A stretch of DNA of 62,206 bases, filler included, from Hausera hauseri (GCA_046269625.1; 10 parts of 10 records of this genome joined end to end with filler, not necessarily neighbours in it), one strand, 5' to 3'; positions 1-14,170 are shown, counted from the whole stretch's first letter. Notes: a model not told the origin generated them from the sequence alone. Numbers and translations: made by a program.

Positions 1-744
1 CATCAATGATTTGGACAGATTTATATTGTTTAAGTATTTCAATAGAAGGAATATTCTGAACCAATTGTTCTTTAGAAAAATTAGGCATGACGCTAATTGT
101 ACTAACCAATCGTGACAAAAAATCCGCTAGTAAATTATCTGTGCCAGAAATATGGTTAAACGTTGACAAGTACGAAATATGGCGTTCTTGTCTAAGTGAT
201 GGATGTTTCATGTTTATTACGTGAACGAGGGGCTTGTAATCGGTTTGAATGGTGAAAGACCGGGAGATAAGTAAATGTGAAAAATGTTTAAGAGCTAAAA
301 CGATAGCCAGGAGTTTCCTATAGAAAGTTGAATAACAGCATTCTTGTGGTTGGAGCTTACGTGAAAAGAATTCTAGTGGTTCATTTACTCCTTGAGTTAT
401 TTGATGGAGAACTGATCAGAGGCTGTAGTTGATGCGTCGGTTGTGAGGATGAGATCGTCATCAGGTATTGGATAAGCCAAGATTTAAACGGTTTTAAGAT
501 TGATGTGGAGCTCCTTAAACTGGTTTAGAAGTTCTGGCGTCTAATATAGATGTTTATTCTTTGGTCCTGCTCCTAGTTGAGCGAAAGGAGCAGTTAACTG
601 GCCGCAATGTGGGGCGTATTTATGAACGAAATGCAAAGTCCCGAGAAAGCTGCTCATATCAGTTGTGCATTTTGGTGATTCGATATTTTATAATTGGTGG
701 ATTCTATCAGGCTGTGACCGTCAGGCGTGATGATGTGACCTAGG
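1..744 (-). pseudogene. Gypsy pol fragment (RT C-terminus/connection/RNase H), degenerate; same family as the element at 4560-9217
   Basis: Reverse strand reads LGHIITPDGH, TDMSSFLGTLHFVHK, LILTTDASTTA, PLEFFSRKL, YSTFYRKLLAI, NLLADFLSR with frameshifts. Paralogous to 6900-7560. Confidence 0.9.
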
Positions 745-989
745 TGTAGTGCCTGAGAAGTGGTCGCGCTGGATGTGTTGGCGGATCGGTGAGTAGATTT
801 TTCCAAACATGTGAATACATATACATACTCTTGTTTAAAATGTTACGTTTCTTAGTTTTGAACTTCAGATTTAAATGTTCAAAGTACAACTTTCTTCTCT
901 GATTTTATTGTTCTAAACCATTTTACCATGATTTTATACCAGTGAAATAAAATGAAATTGTAAAATGTTCTATTCCAGTAAATACTACA
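745..989 (+). mobile_element. Solo Gypsy LTR (~245 bp)
   Basis: TGTAGT...ACTACA inverted termini and AATAAA near 946. The first ~55 bp resemble the LTR starting at 9218 behind a polypurine tract. No matching TSD. Confidence 0.75.
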
Positions 990-1337
990 CCAAAATGGGC
1001 TTGGGAAGCAACTTGCATTGTTTTGTATTCGTCAAAGGAGCTGTTAGCATCAGATCTTCGTTGTTCAGAACTTAGTGCAGATCCTCTTGGGGTTTATACT
1101 TTTGTGCCATATAGGAAGATTTCAACATTTGTAACATTATGATAACTGTTGGATGATTTGTTTAAATAGAAAAAATGATAGAAACGAGAAAAAAACAGTT
1201 TTGAATTTTGAATTTGAAATAAAAAATTTTATTTAATTTTATGTGGGTTATTTTGAACCTACATTGGTGTCAGAAGATTATTTGTCATACTTAGGAATTA
1301 TTTGCTTCGTCATTCGTAAATTATTCGATTCTCAGTT

Positions 1338-1974
1338 ATGGGTAAAGATTTTGTTTTAGACGAAGAATTTCATATATATTTCCTTGACTGTAAAGTAGCT
1401 TTTCAAAATTTATCTACAGAAGAAAAACGTTATGCACATTCTTTAGTCAAGGCTGGATGGTATGGCGGAATTATTGATTGTGCAATGCTCCCCAGAGTCT
1501 CCTGGTCTCTTTATAATTGCTCAGCGAATATTTAGAAAGCAGTTGCCTACTGATATAAAATGTTTAGTTCACTCACTTGGTTATGAAGTGGATTTCAGGA
1601 ATTTTTTAAATTTTGTAATTTACGACAATTTGGGAAATTACAAATCATTCAGTGATTCGAAATTTATTCCAAGAATCGACGAGAAATTCTATTCAATAAT
1701 TGCGATAACTAAAGCACACCACGAAAACGATCTTGTCAGGACGATGTATCAAATAATCAAACCGACAATTTATTCGTTAACAAATAAATATAAACAATTT
1801 TGCTTGGGTGAAGGAATCAGTACGTATTATTCGCACATCTGTACGATGGATGATGTGAAAATTGCACGGGAGTATTTGAATGAAAATAATATAAGTTCGT
1901 GCAATACCCGAGTTTTCAAGTCTGTTTCCAACGGAATAACAAATTTCACTGTTAGTAAAGCGTCATCGGAGTAA
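1338..1974 (+). pseudogene. DPP3: Dipeptidyl peptidase III N-terminal fragment, frameshifted near 1470 and truncated
   Basis: LDCKVAFQNLSTEEKRYAHSLVKAGWYGG, QCSPESP, GNYKSFSDSKFIP, GISTYYS and NTRVFK match the DPP3 N-terminal region. No HELLGH motif is present. Confidence 0.85.
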
Positions 1975-4559
1975 ATTTATTTAAGAATATTTACAAAAAA
2001 TATTCAATAAACAGATTACTGACGCATTGTACGATTACCTATGCAACGCAGTCACACGAATTCAACGATCAGCGACATATTACGGATGAGAGTAGTTTTC
2101 GAACTGTCGATGTGTTGATGTCTCGCCGACTAAACCTAACATTAGCTCAACGATATGGGCCAGTGATTTTAAATGGAATTCCAATGCTTCAAGCTGATTC
2201 ACATACGGAAATTGCATCTACTTTATTCATGTGTCCGAGACAAATGAATTCAAAAATATTGGACTCACCAGCTGCCACCAACAATACGGAGAAACCGCTT
2301 TCGGGAAAGTTGGTGGTATTTAAATTGCAGTCAGAGGATTGTAAATACTAGTTATTGGAACAAGTGATCACTAATTTGGACCTTGCCAAAACGGACCCAA
2401 CCTGCGCACAACTGAAATTCATTGATTTTAGTTTCTTCGAGAATGCTCCAGCCATTGACAGAAGACCTTCTGTCGGATATTCAGAAGGAAGTTCCAAATG
2501 TCTGTATAAAACAGGTTAACAACATCGTGCATGTCTTGTTGGTACAGTCTTAAAATGCTCGACTACAATACTGCAATCGCTCAGCTGCAAGATTGGCCAT
2601 GTTCACGTCTAACATTTTGAATGAGGTAAATCAGCAAAATAGTGCTGTAAACAATTCATCCCGACGATTTTTGAGAAAACTCAACATTCTTTTATACTTG
2701 AAATACAAGGAGGAAATATCTGTGGGAAATATTATTTATCCCGGTGATACAGTAATTCCCGATGCTCCAGAGACAAAGGAGATGATTATTTTGTCTATAT
2801 CGAATTGCGAAGAAAAATGGTTTAAAATTAAATACGGCCTGATTTGTAGTGACTCTCGCAAAATATGTTTCGACCTTTGGTTATGAAGATGCAAAATACA
2901 TGGAATTACTAAAAGAAAACACAAGCATGTTAAAAACGGGTATCGAACGTCCGGACGGTGGTTTTCAACTTCTTATTGTGGAAAAATTTCGTTTACTTAA
3001 TGCGAAGCTTTTTATTCATTCAGAGTGTGTTGAACCATTAATAACTGAGGTGGAGAAGAGCTCGATGTTGCTGCAACATTCAATGATGTTATTTGCAGAA
3101 AATAAATACCGATTATCCGTCATGTGAAATAGGAATGACGATTCTTTATCGGTCATAAAAATTGTCAATGTTTATTATAATATTTATGGTCTTACATGCA
3201 AGACAAAGCTCCTTCTTGGTATTGTTTGTAGGACACAACGAAAATTTGTTGATGGGAACATTGACAAATTTGCCCTTTGCGTGTCAAATTTTGGTTTGGA
3301 TGTATGTAGGAGTCTTAGTCTTCGAGAACCGAGAATCGAAGTCGAATTTTTACTAATTATTGAACATGTTAAGAGATTCCTTGTACTGAAACAATCCGTT
3401 AAGCCGACAGTGACGACATCTAATCTGATTAAGGCTTTTAAATTAGCTGCAATATCCTCCAATCACTTCGTGATCATTTATAACATGTAGTAACATGAGT
3501 TCAGAATCATTCAACGCGCGTGGTGAAATTGTGTGAAGTGCAATATTGCACACGTCTGCCGAAGAAACGAGTACAAGTAAAGAAGGAACTGATCAAACCA
3601 TTTCGAACGAATCTGCGAATTTTCAGAAACTGGCTTGGTTGAGCGTACAATTTATCAGTTATGTGAATGATTGCATAAGGAATTTGAATAGCTTGACAAG
3701 TGATTCGAGTCACATTGTTTAGAGTGATATCATTAATAGGTGGCCTCAGTCGATTTTGTTTAACTCTTGCGTTACAGAAACAGTATTACGCCGACGGAAC
3801 TCAACTGCTGCGGAATGAGTGGGTATTATTCGATCAACGGACATGTTATAGAATTGTATTAAATACCTGTCCATGGCGTCTGATTCCGGTTTGAACAAGC
3901 ATGTCAGAAGATTCCAACAGTGTCCGGTGGCATTCTCCGAGTATGTATCCCTCCTTTCAGTCGAAACTCGTCAATTACGAATTTTCTGGAGCAGGCCACA
4001 TTGACGCCTCATTGGACGTACCGCGAGCCAACGGCAACCTCACATTTGGACACAGGTTGGTGGAATTCTTTTTCCTGATTTGTGCCCGTCAGTGCGACCA
4101 TTTTTCGGACATGCATAAATCTTTAGTAGCCAAAAATAATTTTAATTTTAAAAGCCTATTAAGTTGAAACACTTTGGATATACTTTCACCACAATCGTCA
4201 TTTGCCACTACTTCACCAGCTGTACGTTCGAACCTATTCTTAACCCAAAGGGTAACCGCCCAAGCCCCTCATGCATCTCAACATTCTCCTGGGATTACTT
4301 CGCTGCAACTCTCCTTCCTGGTCTTCAGCAATAATCAACACATTAAAACCATTAGAGCTCCACTCAACGTCACAACGCAGCTTCTATACAACTCTATCCT
4401 CATCACTCAATACTTCTAACTTCTATTTCACGCATCAAGGTCTCACTGTACATCCTTCCGACTCGCTTTTGCCATTCACTTGCCATGAACGTCCGATCAT
4501 CTATCTCATGCTCCACTTCCGCCTTCGGGATGGATCGGACCCAAATCCATCTTTCTCGG

Positions 4560-7500
4560 ATGAAAAATCCACAAATACATGCAACATCTTTCGTTTGCCA
4601 CTCCCAACAATCACGAGCTTCGTTAAATCTGCCTTGTGTGGATATTTTTCTTGATAAAATAACTCCAGCAAACCATGGCTCCAATTCCACCAACAGTGGA
4701 TAAAATCCAACAAAATCACCGACTCCTTTGTGCGTGCCAATAGTCTTTTGATACTTCTGCGTGCCAACATTAAGCAGCAGATCAGTAACATCTCCGAACT
4801 GCTCTAATCATAGACACCATGCGAAACACTGTGAGGCTGTACTCCATATCACCGATCCCTCGATAGATCACATTATACAAAAATACTTTAACGATAATGC
4901 TATAGGAAACCAAAAATTATCCGATTTTCTTCAAACGGCCATTCTGCAGCTTATCACTTTAGGAGTAACACCTACGCATAAGGCGGATTTAATTTGTAGA
5001 TATTTTTGTCATCTTTGCCAACCTCAATCAGAGACTTGCTCACGGTTGTCGACGAGTCCACTGCTATTGAAAAACTAGCCATAATGGCTGACAAGTACTT
5101 TGAAATTCTCCATACAAGTAATTCTCTAAAAATTGCGGCTGCAACCACACATACACCAATTATAAACACCACGTCTTTCGCTCAACAACTGAAAATGATG
5201 AAACAACAATTCAACACGTTTCAGCATTCAATTTCGAAAATTACCACCCAACTAAGCAATCTAAATGGGTCGCGACAAAGTAAAACCAAACCTTCAAGAG
5301 GCGAAGCACTTCAAGACACGCTATTCGATCCATTTCGCCTGGTTGACGTATGACGTGATTCTATCACACGCGATTTCGTAAGGATGCAAGGAAATGCTTT
5401 TCCGGTTGTCGATTCTACAGCGAGCGATACGCGGTGGACAACCCTATTTGCATATACCACAACAAATATCAGTCGCAGGCCAGGTCATGTGTGCCTGGTT
5501 GTAAACACTACAAAGATGAATTTCTTCCTTTTCTTTCCTCTTCTTCCTTTCTCCATATCGTTCAAAAAACTAATAATGCCGCCAGATTTTACGGCACATT
5601 CTGGCGCAGGCAATATTGCTCAATCTTCTAGCCGTTTCAACACCGCTTTTGCAGTCTTTCTGTTAAAAGTTACACTGTTATGCAGAGATATCTCATATCG
5701 AATTCCTAATTGATTCAGGAGCTGTCTTTTCACTCCTTCCTTTGTCCTTCACTCCTATATCCACTATGATTTCCTGTCCCCCGCTCTTCACTGCCAGTGG
5801 GCAACCGTTGCTCGTTGCGGGAAAAACAGAACTGACTTTCACATTCTCCAACTTGCCAGATAAATTTGTCTGGAAGTTCCACGTGGACAATATTAAATCT
5901 CCCATAATAGGCTCATATTTTCTTGCTGAACATGATCTGTTGGTCGATTGCAAATACGGCTGTGTTCTGAGCAGGAACTCGATCGCAATTCCAAACGTAT
6001 GTCTCGCAGACAATCTAGCGAACACCTAAATGTACTCTTCTATAAACATACTGAATACCTCGTCAAATTCTCGTCAAATTCATCAATTTCGAAACAAAAT
6101 TCCAATCCGAATATTAACGATGGCAATGCCGGTTGTTCTTCGTCAATTACTGCAACTGGCTCGTCCGTTGATATGCCTCATTCATTCTTATTTCTAGACT
6201 CCAATCTTAAATCAGTCGTGACAACGTCTTGCTTTCGCATAGTTAAAAGAGACGTCAACTTCAAGCCTCCATCCACAACTTACCACCATATAGTAACAGA
6301 GCATCAGAGGCCTATCAAACAAAAAGGCAGACCCTTGTCGCTACGCAGACACAAAGCTGTGGAACAGGAATACAATGAACTGGAAAAGTCTGGAATCATT
6401 CGGAGATCGAATTCACTTTGGGCTTCTCCTCTTCATATAGTAGTAAAGAAAGATGGTACCTACAGGCCATGTGGCGATTATCGCCAATTAAACAACCTAA
6501 CTATTACAGATGCCTATCCACTACCACTCATTAAGGATATTCTTCATAGTCTTAATAACACCAATACCTACTCTACCATTGATCTGCATAAAGCCTACCA
6601 TCAAATCCCTGTTGCACCTGATGATATTCCAAAAACTGCTGTCATCACACCATCTGGCCTTTATAAATACATCTTCATGCCTTTCGGCTTACGTAGCGTA
6701 TCTCAGACGTTTCAGCACCACATTGACACCGTTCTCTCAGGTCTTGACGTTGCTTATCCATATATAGATGACATATTAGTCTGTTCCACCTCGATCAAAC
6801 AACATCATGAGCATTTAGAATTATTTTCCACAGATTGCATTAAAGCAACCTGCAAATCAATTTCGCCAAATGCAATTTCTTCCAGAAACGCGTCAACGTC
6901 TTAGGCCACATAAGTACTCCCGAAGGTCATTCGCCACAGCCTCATCGCTTATAACAATTAAAAAATGTGTCGTTACCAACTTCCACTACCGATATGAAGA
7001 GTTTCCTAGGGACATTGCATTTCGTACACAAAAACGTGCCATATTGCTACGAACTAACGGAACCTTTTGCGCTCCTCTCATCTGAGAAGAAAAAACAATT
7101 AATCCTTTGGACTCCCGATCTAGTAAATGAATTTGATCGCTTTCGTGAAGGTCTGAAAACCGTTGAAATCTCGACTTTTCCAAAACCAAACACGGAACTA
7201 ATATTAACTACCGATGCCTAAATCACAGCCACTAGTGCGATATTACTCTAAATATACAATGGTGTTGATAAGGCATTAGAATTCTACTCCAGAAAGCTCA
7301 CGCAACCAGCAAGCCGATACTCAACATTCCATCGTGAACTCCTGGCCATAATTCTAGCGGTAAAACATTTTAAGCATTTGCATCTATCACATCAATTTAT
7401 CTTCCAAACCGAGCACAAGCCTCTACTTCATATCATGACGCTGAAACAGCCATCATCCAGACATGAACGACAGATAACATACCTGTCGACATTTAGTTTT

Positions 7501-9217
7501 TCCATGAAATATATTTCAGGAACAAAAATTTAGTATCAGATTTTTTGTCGCGGTCAGCCAACTCAATTACAGTTCAGCCAGTTTTCTCCTCTGAAGTCCT
7601 AAGAAGTAATCAGTCACCACCTGATATTCTCCAAGCTTTTAAATCTGTTGAAATCATCGATGGCATCGCTTATGACATTTCCAACTCGACCAACAAGATC
7701 ATTCTTGCTTTATCGCTACAAAAGACAGCTTTCAATCACTTTCACTCTCTTTATCATCTGGGTTCAAAAGCCCCATTTCGTCTACTGGAACGCCATGTTG
7801 TATGGCCGACTATGCGTACAAATGTACAGGTCTGGGTTAAGGGATGTATAGCATATAAACAATATAAGGTTCAAAACACCTCAAACCACCACTTTACCAC
7901 TTCCCTTGTACGTTTCGTTTTGACACCGTTCATTTGGATCTTGTGGGTTCTTTACCATCCGATAACGGCTATCAATATATCTTATCCATGATGGATTGCC
8001 CTTCTCGCTAGCCGAAAGCCGTTCCTCTTCGATCAACCAACACTGACTCAATAGCAGATGCATTTATCAAAATATGGGTCAGCCGTTTTGGCTCACCACG
8101 TCACATCAAAACAAACCAGGGTCCACAATTTGAAGCTGATCTTTTTAAACCTCTGGTAATGCACTTGGCGATAGTCCATTTACATACGACGCCGTGCCAT
8201 CCCCAAGCAAATGGTCCTCTTAAGAGATTTCACCGAACCATGAAGATTTCCTTAAAAATCTTGTCAAATAACAATCATAACGGGACCTCAATTCTTCCTC
8301 TTGTCCTACTCGATTGGCGCAAAACGCCATCCACCACCACAGGTTGTGCTCCACCTGAGACTCTTTTTGGAACACCAATTTGTGCTTTATTTCAGCTTTT
8401 CAATCTCGATGAAAGTCCATTGGATGAAGTTATTCGTGCGGCACAGTCCCACTTTGTAGATGTGAACTCAAAAGCCTTTGCTATCTTATAAATAAAGACA
8501 AATCTAATATACTCAGCCAAGTTTTTATAGCTGAAGGATTCGTCACCTTCTGATTTTTGGCCTCAGTACGTTGGCCCTTATAAACCACTCAACCTTTCTT
8601 CGCCCACCGGTACTATTTTACGTAATGACAGACCTCAAAATGTACATACCTCTAATCTTAAGCTAGCATTCTTTGTCGAAGATGATCAGTATAACAGCCC
8701 TGTTTCAAATTCTAACTTTAACGTATCTCCTCTCGAGTCATCGTCTAATTTCCTCAATGATTTTGATCCGTCGCAGCAATTACTTTGGCGTCACAATCAG
8801 TTCTCTTCAGTTCCGTCGTCGTCCACTGCTCCCTCACCGCTTACGTCGCCGTCATCGCCTGCACATCCACTACTCATTTCACATTCATCGCACGATTCGC
8901 TTCCATCTACAGTCACGCCTTCTTCGCCTGATCTTTTTCCTTTTTCAGCTTCTTCTCCACTTTCACTTCTTCATGAAGCATCCTCCAAAAACACCACAAA
9001 ATCCACAGAATATCTCCCTCGAACAACTAAACAAGCACCAACAACATATAACAGACCACGCCAAGTAACATTTAGCTCCTACAGTAGGGAGAAGTTCACG
9101 GATGAAATCCAACGTTTGACACGTAAAAAAACCCAATAGGTACAAGTTCTTCTTTTTCTTACAATAATCTACCTCTATTTTTCTTCTTTAGTCTTCATTT
9201 TTGCTACAAGAGGGTGA
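4560..9217 (+). mobile_element. Degenerate Ty3/Gypsy LTR retrotransposon internal region (gag-PR-RT-RH-IN), CsRN1/Mag-like gag
   Basis: Gag LPTSIRDLL..LAIMADK and CIYHNKY..ARSCVPGC knuckle; protease FLIDSGA (~5704); RT WASPLHIVVKKDGTYRPCGDYRQLN and YIDD; RNase H LTTDA; integrase WVSRFG and HPQANG; PPT AAGAGGG before 9218. Many stops and frameshifts. The 5' boundary is approximate. Confidence 0.92.
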
Positions 9218-9290
9218 TGTAGTGCATGAAATGTGGTCGCACTGGCGAGGTTAGCGAACCGGTGAGGAGATTTCTCACTATGCTCATGAT
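9218..9290 (+). repeat. 5' portion of the 3' LTR of the Gypsy element
   Basis: TGTAGTG follows the PPT and resembles 745-800. The right end is not resolved. Confidence 0.65.
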
Positions 9291-10033
9291 AAAAAATCTG
9301 ATTATATTCCGCAGTTATCACACGTTTCTTTAATTCCTAATTTTCAATTTCGTAACTTTGATACACTCAAAGATATCTATTTCTTGATCATTTGCTGATG
9401 ATTTCACGAATTATAATTGGCAAAAACCGGATAAGGGATTGCCACCTTTACTAAAAAAATACAGTCAAAATTTACAGAAGAATACCATGGAGTCGATGCA
9501 TTGTACGTTATACTGACAATTTATATTGGTTGACGATTTTTATTTGATTAAGAAACCAATCTGTTTTATTCGGTTTTTTGAGTTTGTGTTTGGTGTTAGT
9601 TGACTAAATATTTATTCTGATGATATTTCGTTTATGGCGTATTTTTGATTTGTACGAAATTATTTATTATGCACTTCGGACGAATCAACAAACATTTGCT
9701 ATCTAACTATTACTGAGAAAATAATGTCTTATGCTTAATAATTAATTGATAATTGATTTAGTTTTTTTGAAAGTCAAAATAAATTATCGCTATATCTTAT
9801 CTCTTATCGGTTGGATTTATCTTGTCGTTATTTGGAACGACAATCTTCATTTGAACCATCTTCAACTCTTGACTTTTGAACAATTGATAAGATATCATGG
9901 GCTTCATACCTACCATTCTGACCCCATCATCTCCATAAAGATATGTAATATCCAATTGCTCTTTCAGCTTTCTCATGTAATCGATCAGATATTCAGACTT
10001 TCTCTTACAGTTTGGAAAGTCCAGCACCTCATC

Positions 10034-10133
10034 NNNNNNNNNNNNNNNNNNNNNNNNNNNNNNNNNNNNNNNNNNNNTTAATTAATTAANNNNNNNNNNN
10101 NNNNNNNNNNNNNNNNNNNNNNNNNNNNNNNNN
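10034..10133. other. Artificial contig linker (also at 14419-14518, 18869-18968, 23531-23630, 28235-28334, 33633-33732, 46830-46929, 52821-52920, 57331-57430)
   Basis: Identical N44-TTAATTAATTAA-N44 spacer carrying stop codons in all frames. Confidence 0.99.
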
Positions 10134-10178
10134 TTATATGGGGTAAAGGTATTTGATAGGTAATTGGTGGTGGTCTAC

Positions 10179-10776
10179 TTATTGTGGATGGCCTAAAACG
10201 ATGGATTGGGAATTCGATTCTATCTGAGGATTGCTGTTCCAACCGGAAATATCTTGTTGGCAATAACTGAGGAATTGGCGTGTTAGTAATAGTAAGTAAA
10301 GCTCTTCTAGGGTGGTGGAAGAATATATGAATTGAGGACAAAAATAACAAATGCTACAAATTAGATGTCGATGATGGCATTCCAGTTGGTAACAATGGGA
10401 GCAGTATTCGGCATTACAGCAACTAAGGTGGTAGGCTATTTTATTAGGCTTATGACAAAGACAACGTGTGTGGAGTTGGAAGTATGGGGTGCAAAAATGT
10501 TTTGATACATTCCAGGTATAGTAGTATGTAACGTGGTCAGTGGGTTTGATAAGTTCAAAGGTTCTAGCACCAAGTAGTGATTGATCAGCGTCTGATGGAA
10601 ATGCGTTATGCTGGATGCAATATACAATTTCATATTTACAGATTGGGCAATAAGGTGTAGGATTGGCTTGTGATCGGGCTCGATCTATACAATACAAGCA
10701 AAGCATGTACAGATATGGTGTTAATCTGTACACTACACTGAGGATTACTCTGCACTCCATACATTCTGGAAGATCT
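10179..10776 (-). CDS. Protein with two RING-like Cys-rich zinc fingers
   Basis: ECMECR..LTP(Y)LYMLCLYC..CPICK and CLCHK..LSCCNAEYCSHC..CSIC. Possible splice acceptor TTTTCAG just upstream. Confidence 0.6.
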
Positions 10777-11007
10777 GAAAATAAGTGGAATTAATTAAGG
10801 TTTAATTCAATTGTATTAAGATCTATACAATTATCAGTGTCTTCGATATACAATGGGTTCGATAGGTATTGATACAATTGTCTAAGTAGATGGGGTTGTA
10901 ATAATGGTGAACTATATGTAGGGATGATGGTGGTATGTAGTAATTGCTCACTTAAACGAATTATGAGTACCGGGTTTGTCGAGAAATTTGCATCGATAGA
11001 ATGGCGA

Positions 11008-11430
11008 CTAAGGTTGAAGAAGCCATTGGTATGAGTGGTAGGTATTTTCAGCGAGCATAAGTATAGATCTAGCTGTGGTAATGATTAATTTGTGCTTCAA
11101 CATGTCTTGTATAAAGGGTAAGAAGTCTTCGTTGTCGATTTTATTGAGGGAAAGATCGTCTGTTATACCTGTAAAGAATGTTCTCCAGTCTACGACTTTA
11201 TGTTTGGGGCACATTTGTTGTTGCAATAAAATTTCGCTTTTATGGTCTAGTATAGCGCTATCAATGATGGTCTGGTTGATAGTTGTCGGATTGGGTTGAG
11301 TGGTGACGTAATTATAAGATGCGAAGGTGAATAGGGATTCTAAGTCTGATAGGGATAATCCTTCTGGTGTTGAAGTGTATTCATTGATGAGAGTGATTTA
11401 GGTATAAGTATTGATTGATCATTGTCCTCA
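11008..11430 (-). pseudogene. Unknown ORF, frameshifted near its start, overlapping the stop of the upstream ORF
   Basis: Long open frame ITLINEYTSTPEG...WLLQP. No family recognised. Confidence 0.4.
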
Positions 11431-11858
11431 TTGTGGGTATATATTTATTTTGATTGAATTACTTCCACAGCATATATACAGTTGTTTGAAGAAATTGTAA
11501 GACAATAATTCCACAGGAGGGATGGTAATAATCACACTAGAGTTATCGAATAGTTCGTGATTAATGTCAAATATAGAATCACTATAGCTGATACTGACAG
11601 TTAATTTGCCACTGGCAAGATGAATGGCAATGATATCGAATTTTTGAGGCTGGTCTTTAAGAATCAATTGAGCTAATGAATTAGTGATGTCCGTTGATGT
11701 TTGTTGTATACACATTTTTCTGGGATAAAGTTGGAGTTTCTCAGACTTTAGGTTATTCAGGATAGTTGTTTGACTGGGAAAAATATGATACAATTGGTAT
11801 ACACTCAGATAGGACGCCAATGCCTCATAAAAGTTTGTGAATCAATATAGGGCTCCAT
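11428..11858 (-). pseudogene. Unknown ORF (~143 aa) with one frameshift
   Basis: ATG at 11858 (MEPYIDSQTF) joins the 130-aa ORF through a frameshift in a T-run. Confidence 0.45.
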
Positions 11859-12082
11859 TTTTAGTCTTAATACAAAACAAAGATAAAAGTTTATTTACAC
11901 TAATCGAATACAAGTTACATGCAATACTATAGTAAACATGAATTATGTACAATGATCATAAGATAAAGAATGTCCATAGTTATTTAAGATAGGAAACGTC
12001 AATAGTAAGATAATGACAGAATTAAATAGTCATGTCAGAATCTATACACATGGATAGAGTTAATACAATGTCTAAGAAATGT

Positions 12083-13950
12083 TTACACCAGAATTTCACG
12101 ATGCATAATATCTAATAAGCATTCGCGTTCGAAGGAGCTAACCATAGGATAACGTATCAGAATGTCATTAATTGTCAGGTTTCGATAATCGTGAGTTTCC
12201 GGGCGAATATCACGTCGTCGCATCAGGATGGAGACTGTCCTATAGGTTCGAGTCAAAAGTGCGGTTACTAGGGAGTCTCTTCATACGAATCATGAGCGTA
12301 GTTTACGTCAAATAGGTAAGTTCCGTTATCGAATTTCTTATTCAGAAAGGTTTCCAACAAGAGGAATCGTTTGAATACTATTGTATGATGTAATGGCGTA
12401 CTACGTAATTGTAGTTGGAAAATTGCTTGAAATACCTTATTGTCGTAGGCATAATCAAATATTAGGATTGCAAGATTATGTCGATTGTGCCGGATAGCGA
12501 GTAATAAGGGAATGTCTCCGTCGACGTTAGGTATGTGTAATTGTTCTTGTGACTGAATGAACATGAATATGAAGAAATCATGGCATTCACTCATAATGGC
12601 TAAGTGAATGATGGTATTGCTATTTGTATCTTGGAATTTTAACGCTTCCGCTGCTTCATCGCCTAATTGATATATAACTTCTCTAGCTCTTTCGTCCGTA
12701 CACCCCAACATGTATCGTTCCGCTTTTGGTAGAATTTGTTCCTCATGGCTTTTGACGTAAGGGTAATATTCTTCTTTGATAGTCGATAACCATTTTTCAT
12801 CATCATAAATTTTAAATTTATATTCCAAATTAGTTAAAGGAATTTCCAATTGTCTATTGTAATCAAGTATTGGTCTATGACGGGATATATCTCTTCTCCC
12901 GTGCTTGTTTATATACGCATATAACGATAATTGTTATTATAAGTATGACGCCAATGGGTACTACTATTACTATTAGCAGGAATATATTATAATTTATTTG
13001 GAATTGTTGTATTGGTTCAACTGATGATGGTATGATGCTCAACGTTTCATTATCTTTAGGAGAACTGGTATATATTCTAAAAATAAATTTTCCTCTTTTC
13101 ATTATTTCATTGAGTGTAGGAAATTTGAACAATGAATGTACTCCTTTCTTGAGTGTAGTGACTTCCAATAACGCGACTGTTTTTGGTTTTCGTAATGGAT
13201 CATAATGAGGTAACTGAATATGGGCTAAATAAGGATAACCTGATATTAATTGAGCACACTCGACGTATGTACTGGTAACTAGGAAACAGGCGTCATTTGC
13301 ATTTTCCAATGTGACGATAGTCAGGATTTGGTAAACTGAATATTACACGATCGGATTTCACTTGAAGGTAAATGTCCAGTGTTTTGAAGGGAATTATTTT
13401 AATTTGTTCTGGTGTTTGTCTTAACTCTGCTATTAGATAAGGAATTTGGTTATGAACCGAGTAGTAAAATCTATTTAGCCAAAAGGTATTTGGGCAGGAT
13501 GATTGTAATTGTAGTGTAAGGAGTATTTGTCGATTGTCGTGTTTTGTTTATGATACTGGAGGTCGAGGACTTGTGACTTCCAAAGTATACACTTCACTGT
13601 AGCGTTTTGCAGCACATGATAGGGCATAATGGGCTCTACTGATTTGTGGTGCAACCACTAGAATTTCATTCTCGTTAAATATTTGTGCTTTGATCCGTTT
13701 ATTATATTCAATAGAGGGGATGCATGGAATTATTGATGTCTTTCTTTCAATTCCAGTTGCTGTGCATCGCCATATACCATTTACAATACGAAACAGCGAA
13801 TATTAATGTATATTCCTGATCAGGTCGTGCAAAAATGCAGGTTGATTGATTATGTTCTCTGGAATAATGGATGTTATCACCGATGGTTACATCAGCATAT
13901 TGAGTGGTTATTTGCATTATTCTGCTTTTTGATATTTTTCTAACAATAGA
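12083..13950 (-). pseudogene. Type-I membrane protein with cytoplasmic ankyrin repeats (Notch-like topology), frameshifted
   Basis: TM IFLLIVIVVPIGVILIITIIVICVYK, then by frameshift near 12885 ankyrin repeats (NTIIHLAI, GDIPLLLAIRHN, STPLHHTI, ETPL), ending EILV* at 12083. The 5' end is approximate. Confidence 0.7.
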
Positions 13951-14170
13951 GACAAATGAACACTCTGAATTGCAGTCATTGCCTTCAATGGGAAATGATA
14001 AAATGCAGAATGACTTTAAGGGATTGGAATAGTAAATAAATCAACAAAGAAGGTTAAACACAGCTTTCAGAGTCATAGTGACAAACAAGCCTTCCAACCA
14101 CAACAAGGTATGACAATTCCCCAAAGAAAGGCGTGAGGAAATTCATGCGCTAAAACAGATGTGTTGCACT

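Noticed and set aside
2000-4170. Cluster of short ORFs between DPP3 and the Gypsy element
   Set aside because: Possibly decayed coding DNA, but no frame gave a recognisable family.
8673-9068. Arg/His-rich ORF
   Set aside because: Alternative frame of the Ser/Pro-rich low-complexity tail after the integrase.
9797-10033. Minus-strand partial ORF at the contig end
   Set aside because: Short, with no recognisable motif.
10078-10089. Recurrent TTAATTAATTAA palindromes, and ORFs containing X runs
   Set aside because: Artificial linker. ORFs crossing it are artefacts, and adjacency between contigs carries no biological meaning.
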